A DNA stretch of 54,421 nucleotides, taken from a virus. Taxonomy: Duplodnaviria; Caudoviricetes. The translations under genes and the position numbers were made by a program. Below the pieces are notes generated by a model. That model was not told the origin of the DNA. It made no database searches and saw only the letters and a program-made list of their open reading frames with translations. Location of the stretch: IMG/VR virus record IMGVR_UViG_3300021061_000218, positions 1 through 54,421 of that record; one strand, given 5' to 3'. This document shows positions 10,001 to 17,999 of this stretch, one piece after another (position 1 is the stretch's first letter; each line of letters begins with the position of its first letter).

Positions 10001-10140
10001 ACCTTTAACTCTCCGAGGTCGGTGAGCTGCAGGGCTCCTGCCCCCAGGCTCTCCCTGATACCGGAAACGACACTCTGTGTGCCGGTATTGGCTCCGCCAC
10101 TGAGGACGTGGTGCGGTGTTGGATTCCGGTTAATGCTCAT
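7012..10140 (-). CDS. Large repeat-rich virion protein (tail fibre-like), 1042 aa
   Basis: A/G/T/D-rich with duplicated internal modules; in the late operon. Confidence 0.75.
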   Translation of the reverse strand: MSINRNPTPHHVLSGGANTGTQSVVSGIRESLGAGALQLTDLGELKVFLTGGAGSGGTSMTDDAAFTVGSGAITPAGGIYRSTRDSVDDGDAGALAMTQKRGLYTTIETPTGDSAMDDTNDAVRVNIVAGSSSGTEYTEDAAAAANPSGGMAMAVRADSLAGVTSADGDNIALRATDKGEVYVKHVDALTVTGVSTSAKQDTIIGHVDGIEGLLTTIDGDTGNISTKVDTLAGAVSGTEMQVDVLSSALPTGAATAAKQPALGTAGTASADVITVQGIASMTALKVDGSAVTQPISHGALTELAAAINSDKLDINIKTSDISFGGTSAADDADFTDGTTPGTPAMGVYESSPSSVTDGDLGVVGITETRRLKTSATIDAALPAGTNNIGDVDVLSSALPTGAATSAKQDTIIGHVDGIEALLTTIDADTSTLAGAVSGTEMQVDVITMPTVTVQATNLDIRDIDKASDDILVYANTAKDGSGTSYVPLVDADGHIQVDVLSGGGGGTQYTEDAAAAGNPVGTALNLIRADALAGVTSDDGDNVAARGTDKGELYVKHVDAIPVTDNGGNISIDDGGNTITVDGTVSVSGVATAASQAQQIAAEEAIQTSVELIDDAIKQDDAAFTPATTKVMMAGFEFDDGSPDSVDEGDAGAARMSANRNIYTTIRDAAGNERGVNVNASNQLAIAGPVTNAGTFAVQVDGSALTALQLIDDTVATLGTTTYTETTTKGNVIGAVRRDADTTLVDTTNEIGPLQMDANGRLKVEIFDSGDSHSVDWNGSQPVTGSGTATGALRVELPTNGTGVISTVTTVSTVSALGAGTTGPMKAEDVASAAGDQGVAIMAVRQDLPIANASVSNDGDYTTPIVDNFRKLWVAGTVPEDVAHIAGEALTVNGVRRIDTAATSAGTSGDWATMDASAEGAIWATLTPTTTSGCSIFRSIDLDESEEEVKATAGNVYGYYIFNAAASIHYLKFYNATAANTTVGTTTPVMTFPIPAGAAAHVGFPYPVSFSTAISAAVTTGLADNDTGAPAANACIVNIFYK

Positions 10141-10158
10141 TGGTGTTGGTGTTGGTGT

Positions 10159-10398
10159 TTAGAGCTTCTCCACGACCTTCTCCATTTCCTCGATGAGGAA
10201 CGTGATGCTTTCTATTTTTGCCTCCGTCTCCACAACCTCTGCCTCAGCCTTTGTCTTCGTAGATTGGAACTTCGACTGAAGGAGCCTCGTTGCGATGGCG
10301 AGTTTAATTTTCAGCTTATTGAGCTCCGCCTCGTTGTCCTTGAGGATGTTGAGGAGTTCTCCTTTTAGCGTGTCTGGGTGTGTGTATTTCGTATTCAT
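10159..10398 (-). CDS. Coiled-coil hypothetical protein
   Basis: 79 aa, coupled to its neighbours. Confidence 0.65.
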   Translation of the reverse strand: MNTKYTHPDTLKGELLNILKDNEAELNKLKIKLAIATRLLQSKFQSTKTKAEAEVVETEAKIESITFLIEEMEKVVEKL

Positions 10399-10646
10399 GA
10401 GATGTGTTGGGAGTCGATATTTCTCTCGAAGGTCACGGTGACCGGGAAGGTGACATCTGTACGAGCCAGGCTCACGAGACTGGTGCCGTCCTTGTCTCGC
10501 ACATTGACCGGGACCTCTTCCCCTTTCGCATCGGAGCTCGAAGCCGTGAAGGCCCTGTTGATGAGGGGGACGATGATGTACGTGGAGTCCCCTTCGGCGA
10601 AGTAGATCGTGACTGCCTCTTCTGATGCCTCAGTCTTATTGGGCAC
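10395..10646 (-). CDS. Hypothetical protein (probable GTG start at 10646)
   Basis: Fills the gap between coupled genes; the further-upstream part of the ORF overlaps the previous CDS. Confidence 0.5.
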   Translation of the reverse strand: MPNKTEASEEAVTIYFAEGDSTYIIVPLINRAFTASSSDAKGEEVPVNVRDKDGTSLVSLARTDVTFPVTVTFERNIDSQHIS

Positions 10647-11505
10647 GCTTGAAGAGGAAGCGGACGGAGCAAGGAGCAGTGACTTCGACAGTGATGAGTT
10701 CATCCATGGCGACCGTGTCTCCAGTGTTTTTGGAAGACGAGACCGCACATGCGCCGCTCTTCTGAAGGGCTATGCCAACCACCTCTACGATCTTCATGCC
10801 GTCGCACTTGCGGGGCACGTGGATGCGGGAGGTGCCTCCCTGAATCTCTCTCGTGATTTCGACAGTCTCTTCGGGAAGGACGGGGATGGACTTCTCAACT
10901 TCTCTAACTCTGGCTGAGAGATCTCCAAGCGCTTCTCGGCTCTCTACACCGTTTCTTGTAAGGGTGTCCCAGTATGCAGCCAGGCGGGCCTCTGCCATTT
11001 GCACTCTCTCATCGCTTGCCTTCTTAGAAAGCCCCTCCCGGATCTCCTGGAGGACCGACGTAATCTCCGGATGGTCGTGGCTGTCGTGAGAGAGGCCGAG
11101 GGAGTAGACCACGTCCTTTACGAACGTGTTCAGGCCCACAACGTCCTTCGGCTCATGGACATGGAACTTCTCCGCATGTGATTCCCTGCTCTTGGACTGC
11201 GCAATTGCGGACTCAATCTCCTCCTTGAGCCCCAGCACATCCCCCTTCTCGTGCGTGTGCTTCGTGGGGGCGCAGACACGGAGAACGTAGTCTCGCAGCT
11301 CCGTGAGCGCTTCCACGATGTAGTCGAAGAGCTTCACGCCATTGTAGGTCGTGGAGCTGATGTCTTTGACTTCCCGGATGGAGAAGCCGCTGGCGATCAG
11401 ATCCCCTGCCAGTGCTGGGCGTGGATCGTCAGCAAGCCGAGAGGGTACTTTTACCTCCTTCGTCACAATCTGCACGTCGGGGCTTACCTTTTTTACATTG
11501 GACAT
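10636..11505 (-). CDS. Virion/tail fibre-associated protein with His-containing repeats
   Basis: HTHEKGDVLGL and HVHEPKDVVGL, resembling HxH...D.GL tail-fibre repeats. Confidence 0.65.
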   Translation of the reverse strand: MSNVKKVSPDVQIVTKEVKVPSRLADDPRPALAGDLIASGFSIREVKDISSTTYNGVKLFDYIVEALTELRDYVLRVCAPTKHTHEKGDVLGLKEEIESAIAQSKSRESHAEKFHVHEPKDVVGLNTFVKDVVYSLGLSHDSHDHPEITSVLQEIREGLSKKASDERVQMAEARLAAYWDTLTRNGVESREALGDLSARVREVEKSIPVLPEETVEITREIQGGTSRIHVPRKCDGMKIVEVVGIALQKSGACAVSSSKNTGDTVAMDELITVEVTAPCSVRFLFKRAQ

Positions 11506-11520
11506 GTGTGTCGTGGGGAA

Positions 11521-11931
11521 TTAGCAGCAGACGTGACCGGAGTGCGGGTAGAGCGTGATGGTTACGGCTCCGAAGAAGCTGTCCGTCGTCGCAGATTCTT
11601 TCGCCTTCACTCGGATCCAGCGGGCCTTCAGGTTGTCGAGGACGAGAGTGACATTCGGCTTGGCCTGTACGATTCCGTAGGTCGTTTCGGTGAAGACACC
11701 AGAACCGGCCGTCACCGCCCACTCTCCATACGGGTCCCATGTGGTGCCGTCCGTGCTCGTTTCAACTTGGAATTCGCACGTTGCGGAGGCGGAAGACGCA
11801 TGCGGTGCGTATTTAGCATGAATCGTCACTCCGTTTGCAGAGCGGAATTCATAGGCGCTAGAAGTAGCCCCTGAGTAGGCGGCGGTCAGGACGTCAGCGT
11901 CCAGAGCCAAAATTTCATCATTGGATTGCAT
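11521..11931 (-). CDS. Small virion beta-sandwich protein
   Basis: VETSTDGTTW...ARWIRVK pattern. Confidence 0.65.
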   Translation of the reverse strand: MQSNDEILALDADVLTAAYSGATSSAYEFRSANGVTIHAKYAPHASSASATCEFQVETSTDGTTWDPYGEWAVTAGSGVFTETTYGIVQAKPNVTLVLDNLKARWIRVKAKESATTDSFFGAVTITLYPHSGHVCC

Positions 11932-12035
11932 GTTTGTGTGTTGTTATTAATTAAGGATATAACAGAATTCGGTGTTTTACGGTAGAGGGCAGGTTAAGGC
12001 TTGTTGACTGATGAGGATGGGCGTAAGTTGTTGGT

Positions 12036-12116
12036 ATGTGGCTTGGAATTGCGCTCTCGTTTCTTATCGGCGGTATCTACTTCTGGGACGACTATAAGAA
12101 GAGGCACAGGGATTAA
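12036..12116 (+). CDS. 26-aa membrane peptide MWLGIALSFLIGGIYFWDDYKKRHRD (not in the ORF track)
   Basis: TM helix plus charged tail; TTGTTG-17-TAAGTT ends 6 nt before the ATG; convergent with the late operon. Confidence 0.5.
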   Translation: MWLGIALSFLIGGIYFWDDYKKRHRD

Positions 12117-13972
12117 TTTGTTATTGAATTCAGCAACTCGAAGATTGCTGCTTTTTCAGCAGGGGCAGCCTTTTCAAGAAGTTTTGTAAGAGCCTTCCCC
12201 CCGGCGCTTTGAGCCAATCTCCCCCCGAGCATCGCCCCCTTCCCAACCACGACGGGGGACGTCGCAGCCATCATTCCAGCAGCGCCAATTCCTCCTAGAA
12301 TCGCCCCATTTACTCCTGTTTGGAGGCCGCCAATTACCGGCGCTGCGCTCGCAGCCCCTCTGACGAGGAATGAGCGGATGATATCTGCGGTTCTCGGTCC
12401 TGTTTCTGGGAACAGTTGCATCAGCTTCTGTGCGTCTTCAATGAACTGCACCTGGTTCGTAATGTCCATTCCCAGGTGCTCTTCGAGTTCCTGTACGATC
12501 CTCCGTCTCTCTCCCCTGTTCTTTCCGGCAAGAGACTTGAGGAACGTGGAGGCCTGGTCGGACGTGAGTTTCTTATTGCCCACCTTCTGAATGAACTTCC
12601 TTCCGAAGGTGTCTTGCATGATGGCGGACTGAGCGTACGCCTTGTAGGCATCTTTCAGTTCGGTAGGCATCGCTTTCATGATCTTCTCGTCTGCAATGCC
12701 CTTCAGTCTCGTGAGGATCTTGTGATACAACTTCGGACCTCCCGTGTTCGAGAGTTCTACTTCGTCGTACATACGGCCGAAGAATTTGCGGAGATCGATG
12801 CCGTCATCCACGGAGTACTTCTTCGCCTCTGTGAGCTTCGTGATCACCTGCTGCAGGAGGTCCACCTCCTTCTTCACGAGAGGCTCCGCCTGCCCCTGAG
12901 ACAAGACAACTCCCTTCGGGGCTGTCCCCTTCTTCAGGATAGCCTTGCCGGCGGGATTCAGAGGCGGCTTCACGCCTGTCAGGTTGAATTCTTTCAGTGC
13001 TGCATTGACCTCGTCCAAGCTCTGCGAGAAATCAAAGGAGGCGTCGGGATAGGCCTCTTTGAAAATGTCCTTCCCCTTAATGAACTTCTTCTTCGCCTCC
13101 TCTCTCAGCGCAATCATCTTCTTGGAGATGTCATCGGCAAGATTGAGGAAGGGCTCCTTCACGTTCTTGGAGACCTTCGTGATTGCATCCGACATCATGT
13201 TCGGGTGGTTCCAGGCACGCTCGAGCACGTCGTCTGCAAGGTTCGTCATCTTTGCTCCTGCCTTGATGAAGGCGGGCTTGAGGACCTTGGCCCCCTGCGA
13301 GATAACCCTTCCTCCGACTTCGGAGACCGCACCGATGGCACCTTCTTTCGCTACCTTCCCCAAGGAGATGGGCGCAGCTGTGGGATCGCCATACTTTTCA
13401 TTCACTTTGAAGAGATCTCCTACCATCTGCCGTCCTCCTTCCATGGCAGAAGCTCCAGCTCCAGCTCCAGCGGCAGCCCCTAGGACTGCTCCGGGCCCTG
13501 TGGGGGCCGTGACAATGCCTCCTGCCGCACCTCCTGCGAGGCTGCCGATGAGAGGCAAAGATGGGCCCACAACGTCCGCAATGTCGCCCGGCAAGTCAGC
13601 CAGATCGAACCCCTTACTCGTCTCCGTGCGCCCTTCCCGTACTTGGTCTGAACCAAAGCCTCTTGCCAATCGTTCTCCGGAGCTCTTGAAGCTGTCCCCC
13701 AGCCGGCTGAAGAACCCCTTCTCTGGCGTGACATCGGCGGGAGAGGAGAGATCCACTCCCCCGTTCACGAGCTCATTCAGTGAGGCCGTAGAGAGCGGGA
13801 TTTCATTCCCAGTCTTGTCTTTGTATCGCACTCCCTTCTTCTGAGCCTCTTGGTATCGGCTGGCGAATGAGGAGTCATATTTGCTGTAGTACTTCACGAT
13901 CGCATCGTCTGGCATCTTCTGACGAAGCCTCGTGAGCTTATCCGGTGTGAGTTTAGGTTGCGTCTCAGGCAT
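12113..13972 (-). CDS. Putative internal virion / DNA-ejection protein
   Basis: G/A-rich hydrophobic segments and helical K/E-rich middle; position after tail genes; ATG 13972. Confidence 0.7.
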   Translation of the reverse strand: MPETQPKLTPDKLTRLRQKMPDDAIVKYYSKYDSSFASRYQEAQKKGVRYKDKTGNEIPLSTASLNELVNGGVDLSSPADVTPEKGFFSRLGDSFKSSGERLARGFGSDQVREGRTETSKGFDLADLPGDIADVVGPSLPLIGSLAGGAAGGIVTAPTGPGAVLGAAAGAGAGASAMEGGRQMVGDLFKVNEKYGDPTAAPISLGKVAKEGAIGAVSEVGGRVISQGAKVLKPAFIKAGAKMTNLADDVLERAWNHPNMMSDAITKVSKNVKEPFLNLADDISKKMIALREEAKKKFIKGKDIFKEAYPDASFDFSQSLDEVNAALKEFNLTGVKPPLNPAGKAILKKGTAPKGVVLSQGQAEPLVKKEVDLLQQVITKLTEAKKYSVDDGIDLRKFFGRMYDEVELSNTGGPKLYHKILTRLKGIADEKIMKAMPTELKDAYKAYAQSAIMQDTFGRKFIQKVGNKKLTSDQASTFLKSLAGKNRGERRRIVQELEEHLGMDITNQVQFIEDAQKLMQLFPETGPRTADIIRSFLVRGAASAAPVIGGLQTGVNGAILGGIGAAGMMAATSPVVVGKGAMLGGRLAQSAGGKALTKLLEKAAPAEKAAIFELLNSITN

Positions 13973-13982
13973 GGGTGTTGGG

Positions 13983-16586
13983 TTACTTTTTGGCGAATGT
14001 CTTCTTCGTGAACTCCTTCTCCGGATCGATGAGCTTTCCATCCTTCCTCACTTCGTAGTGAACATGGCTCCCGTCTCCGCCGGAGCCTGAGAGGACGTGG
14101 CCGCTGTTGCCTACGTCGGCGATTCTCTGCCGGGGGGAGATCTTATCCCCTTTCTTCACGTGAGTCTTATTGAGGTGGCCGTAGCGGTGCACATAGCCCT
14201 GCTCGTCCATGACATCGACGTAGAGGCCGTAGCCTTTCTTCCCCTGGTCTACGATGTCAACGACCGCCCCCCCTCTGAATGCTGGCACCGGATCCCCGAT
14301 CTTCCCGTCGTAATCGATACCTCCGTGTGTCCCGCTCTTCATGTAGTTCACGGGAGTGTCGAAGCGCTGAGTGATGGCGGAGTATTCGTTAGCGTATTCA
14401 TCGGGGCCGCCGTAGTCCCCCATCTGCTCATTGAAGATGCTGTCGAAATCGTTCTCGAAGTCATTGTCGTCCTCAACGTCGAATTTTGTTGATTGGTCTC
14501 CAAATCCCAGGCCGCTCATTTTCTTGTAATTCCCCTTCCCGAGGATTTTGTCATACCGCCTCTCAAGTGCACGGGTAGAGAAGCCACGGAGACTATTAAT
14601 CTTCACAAGCATTTCCTCGGCGTTATCTACTTTGGTATCAATAAGGAATGTATTTGCTCTCTCTAGCTCGCCCTCAGTGAGGTTTGCACCATAGAGCTGA
14701 TGGATAAGCTGGGCCTGATAAGCCTGGATGTCGCCGATGAGACTCAGGAACTCTTTATCACGAGTAACATTTGAAACCGGCTTGGCGCTTTCTTTTGCCG
14801 CTTTCCACACACCTCCGAATTTCTTATCGAGAGTGGCGAGTTGGCCCTGTACGAAGCCTGTCTCTGTGATTGTGTCTTCCAGCATATCGAATTGGCCCTT
14901 CTTCCCCTCGCCAAGACTTTCGTAAGCGTTGATGAGAACACTGTCCTTGAACTCATCAATCCTCCCCTGTGCGAGCAGAGCTTCGCCCTGAGCGATGGCT
15001 GACCGGCGTCTCTTGTCATCACCCTGGCCACGGACTGCATTCGAGAGGATGAGACCGTAGTCTGTTCCGTCCTTGGAGTCTCGGTACTTGCCAATGAGAG
15101 CGAAGGCGGCGTTATCAGCGATGGCCTTCTCCTCCTCCTTCATCTGGTTGATGGTCATGAGGTCATCCGGCAGCGGGTCGAGACCGAGATCCGATCGCCT
15201 GCGGTTGATGCTGGCGAGCCAGTTCTTGTTCGTGTGCAAGCCCTGCGTAATGCCGAACTCGACGTCTTGATTGAGATCGGAGATGCGGTCTCGCTGCTCC
15301 CCTCTCGCAAGGCGGGCCTGCTCGACAACCCACTTCGTGTTCTCCTCTGCGGCTTCGGCCCTGGCCTTGGCCAGCTCGCCAAGAGCGTCTGCCGTCTTCT
15401 CCATGAGATCTTTCTGGGCCGTGATCATCTCCTTCCCGGTGTCGAGGATCGTCCCATCCGTCTTCTCTGCTGCTTCAATGAGCTTGTCGAAGAGGATATT
15501 GGACTCCGTCATGTAGGCATCGTGTGCAGCTACCTGATTGGCGTGGTAGGTGTTTTCGATGTCCATTAACTTCTCGTCCCAGACTCGACCTGCGTAGACC
15601 TTGTCCACACGCATGTCCATGATCGTGTCTTCCCCCTTCTTGAGGGCGAAGTACACATTGCCGACCTTGCTGGACGCTCTCCAGCCGCCGGAGATCCCAA
15701 GGCCCAAGAGCAGGTCCTTCCTGTCTTTAGACTGCTGCATCTCCGCATCACGGATCGCCCTCTGCATCTCCATCTGTTCAGCCTCCTTGCTGGCAGCGGC
15801 GAGGTTGCGGTTTCGTTCATACGTATTCTTCGCCTCCTGTAACTTGCGTTCCTCAATCTGCTTATTCACAGCGTCCCACCGAGCCTGCTGGGCCCGGAGG
15901 TCTGACTGCGTATTCTGCAGCATCGTCTTCATGTTCTCGCCGATCTGCGTGATGGCGGCGATGGTCTCTGTCTTCCCGTCCTGAAGGACGGCCTGTTGTT
16001 CTTTGATGTACTTGTCCCACGGAGCCATGAGGGCTTCGGCTTGAGCCTGCTGCTCTGCTGGAAGCCCCTTAATAACGGCATCAGTAGCCCCTGTGTCAGG
16101 AGTAGTAGACGGATCCGCAGTTGCGCCGGCCTCCTCTGGGGCAGCGGGATGGTCATGCTCATCCCCCTCTGCGCTCGCAACGAGGTTTGACGTATCAGTC
16201 GGCTCCTCTTCCTTCTCTGGGGCGGACGTCGGGGGCGGGATGGAGTTCGGGATGCTCGGCGCACTCGTCTCCCCTACCACCGCATTGCCGTGGATATCCG
16301 TCATGTTGGCGTCAGCCGGCGTCATGACAGGATCCCCTGCCATTGGGGTCGTGGGGCCTCCTGGCACCTTTGTGGGGTCCACGGAAGCAACGGGGGTTGT
16401 CCCCTTCTTTACTCGTGCGGCTCGGTTCTTCGAGATGACGCCTGCGGCGGGAGCCGTGGTCACCGGGAGCGTTGCTCCCGTGCCCGTGGATGGAGTGGCC
16501 CCCTTCTTCGTGAGGCGCTTCTTTGCAGCGGCCTCGATGGCTCCTCCTGCAGCCAGTCCCCCGGTCTTTTTAGCTTTGATAGGCAT
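13983..16586 (-). CDS. Putative internal virion protein with C-terminal M23 peptidase domain
   Basis: Long coiled coil; C-terminal HGGIDY, GYGLYV, YGHL, GNSG, HVHYEVR. Confidence 0.85.
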   Translation of the reverse strand: MPIKAKKTGGLAAGGAIEAAAKKRLTKKGATPSTGTGATLPVTTAPAAGVISKNRAARVKKGTTPVASVDPTKVPGGPTTPMAGDPVMTPADANMTDIHGNAVVGETSAPSIPNSIPPPTSAPEKEEEPTDTSNLVASAEGDEHDHPAAPEEAGATADPSTTPDTGATDAVIKGLPAEQQAQAEALMAPWDKYIKEQQAVLQDGKTETIAAITQIGENMKTMLQNTQSDLRAQQARWDAVNKQIEERKLQEAKNTYERNRNLAAASKEAEQMEMQRAIRDAEMQQSKDRKDLLLGLGISGGWRASSKVGNVYFALKKGEDTIMDMRVDKVYAGRVWDEKLMDIENTYHANQVAAHDAYMTESNILFDKLIEAAEKTDGTILDTGKEMITAQKDLMEKTADALGELAKARAEAAEENTKWVVEQARLARGEQRDRISDLNQDVEFGITQGLHTNKNWLASINRRRSDLGLDPLPDDLMTINQMKEEEKAIADNAAFALIGKYRDSKDGTDYGLILSNAVRGQGDDKRRRSAIAQGEALLAQGRIDEFKDSVLINAYESLGEGKKGQFDMLEDTITETGFVQGQLATLDKKFGGVWKAAKESAKPVSNVTRDKEFLSLIGDIQAYQAQLIHQLYGANLTEGELERANTFLIDTKVDNAEEMLVKINSLRGFSTRALERRYDKILGKGNYKKMSGLGFGDQSTKFDVEDDNDFENDFDSIFNEQMGDYGGPDEYANEYSAITQRFDTPVNYMKSGTHGGIDYDGKIGDPVPAFRGGAVVDIVDQGKKGYGLYVDVMDEQGYVHRYGHLNKTHVKKGDKISPRQRIADVGNSGHVLSGSGGDGSHVHYEVRKDGKLIDPEKEFTKKTFAKK

Positions 16587-16604
16587 GGATGTTTGTGTTG
16601 AGGT

Positions 16605-17978
16605 TTAGAACGGTGTCGTGGCGATCCTGGTGATCTTTCCGGAGCGCAAAGTCGTTGTATTGCCGCCGTTTGAGGTTCCGAAGGTCGCCTTCAGCGTGAA
16701 GGCGAGAGTGCCGTTGGTTGCGACGGTGGGCTGGGTCGGGAGCGTTGTGTGCGTGAACGCCTTGTACGTGCCGCCAGTAATCGTTCCCATTTCGCCATTG
16801 ATGTTGCCGACAACAGCGACAGAAGCACCTGCCGCTGCCGTGCCATTGATGGATCCATGCACCCGGAATTGGAGGTTGTTGGCATCTGCGGTAAATGTTC
16901 CGCTGACGATCTCCGTTGCACCGAGGTAGATTCCCAAGACAAACGTGCTCGATGCCCCCTTCTCGATGTTCCCCTTCAAATCAAATTCCAAGGCGGTTGA
17001 GCCTGTCAGGAAGTTTGCGGGGACCGTGTACGTATAGGTGTCGTACGCCGTGGCCGATGTGGGGTTCGTGAGGACCCCGGAGGCTGTTCCGGAACAAAGC
17101 TCGACTCTTTCGAAGTAGCTCGCTGCCGGTAGGGCTTGGTATGTCGCAATAGCGCCGGCTCCGTTGCTGGTCAGGACGTGGCCGATCGTTCCTACCGCAC
17201 CTGACTGGAGAGCTCCTGTAGCCGTCGTTCCGCCGAAGAGAGGGGCGAAGGCGGTGAAGGAGGTGGCTGCTGTGCCTCCACGAGCAATCGTGACGGGGCC
17301 CGTCTCGGAGATCGTGAGGGTTTCATTCCCCCCGTCGTTGTTCTCGGTGAGCGTGATGCCTGTCCCTGCGACGAGCTTGCCGTTGGCGAACCCGGACGTG
17401 GTGTCGTTGGCGGAGATGCGCACCTTGGTATCGGTTCCCGCTGCGGCTGCGAGAGCCGACAGACTGGTTTCAGACGTGCTCGCATCTTTGAAGAGGATGT
17501 TCGTTCCCGAGTCGATGGTCTTGATGTAGGCAGAACTTCCGCCGAACTTCAGGGAGTACGTGTTGTCGATGGTTTGATCGGCCGTGAAGGTGTTCGCCCT
17601 GTCTTTGTTCGCCTTCCCGTTGAGAAGAAGGTGGGAGTCGACAATGCGGACCTCTGCGTTCTTCGAGAAGGCCTGGCCCGTCCCCGAGCCTGTCGGCGTC
17701 GCTGCGGTACGGGAGACGTCTCGCTGCAACCCAGTGCCCGAGCAGACGAAGTTGTTGTCGTCGTCGAAGGTCCCCGAAACGACGTAGATCCATTCTCTTT
17801 TCGTCGTGTTGTCTTGTTCCTCGATGATCTCTGCAATGAAGGGGCCGGTGTTGGCGATGCGAGTCGTTGCTCCATTGATATCCATCGGGGCGAACTTGAT
17901 CCCCGTGGTCTGTGTGGAGTTGATCTTCACCGCAAGTTTCGTGCGGTCGCCGGAGGAAATTTCGTAGGTGTTTGCCAT
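16605..17978 (-). CDS. Tail fibre/spike-like protein
   Basis: VRISANDTTSG...KLVAGTGITL, IARGGT, GHVLTSNGAG fibre motifs. Confidence 0.75.
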   Translation of the reverse strand: MANTYEISSGDRTKLAVKINSTQTTGIKFAPMDINGATTRIANTGPFIAEIIEEQDNTTKREWIYVVSGTFDDDNNFVCSGTGLQRDVSRTAATPTGSGTGQAFSKNAEVRIVDSHLLLNGKANKDRANTFTADQTIDNTYSLKFGGSSAYIKTIDSGTNILFKDASTSETSLSALAAAAGTDTKVRISANDTTSGFANGKLVAGTGITLTENNDGGNETLTISETGPVTIARGGTAATSFTAFAPLFGGTTATGALQSGAVGTIGHVLTSNGAGAIATYQALPAASYFERVELCSGTASGVLTNPTSATAYDTYTYTVPANFLTGSTALEFDLKGNIEKGASSTFVLGIYLGATEIVSGTFTADANNLQFRVHGSINGTAAAGASVAVVGNINGEMGTITGGTYKAFTHTTLPTQPTVATNGTLAFTLKATFGTSNGGNTTTLRSGKITRIATTPF

Positions 17979-17999
17979 GTGTGTTTGTGTGTGGTGGTC

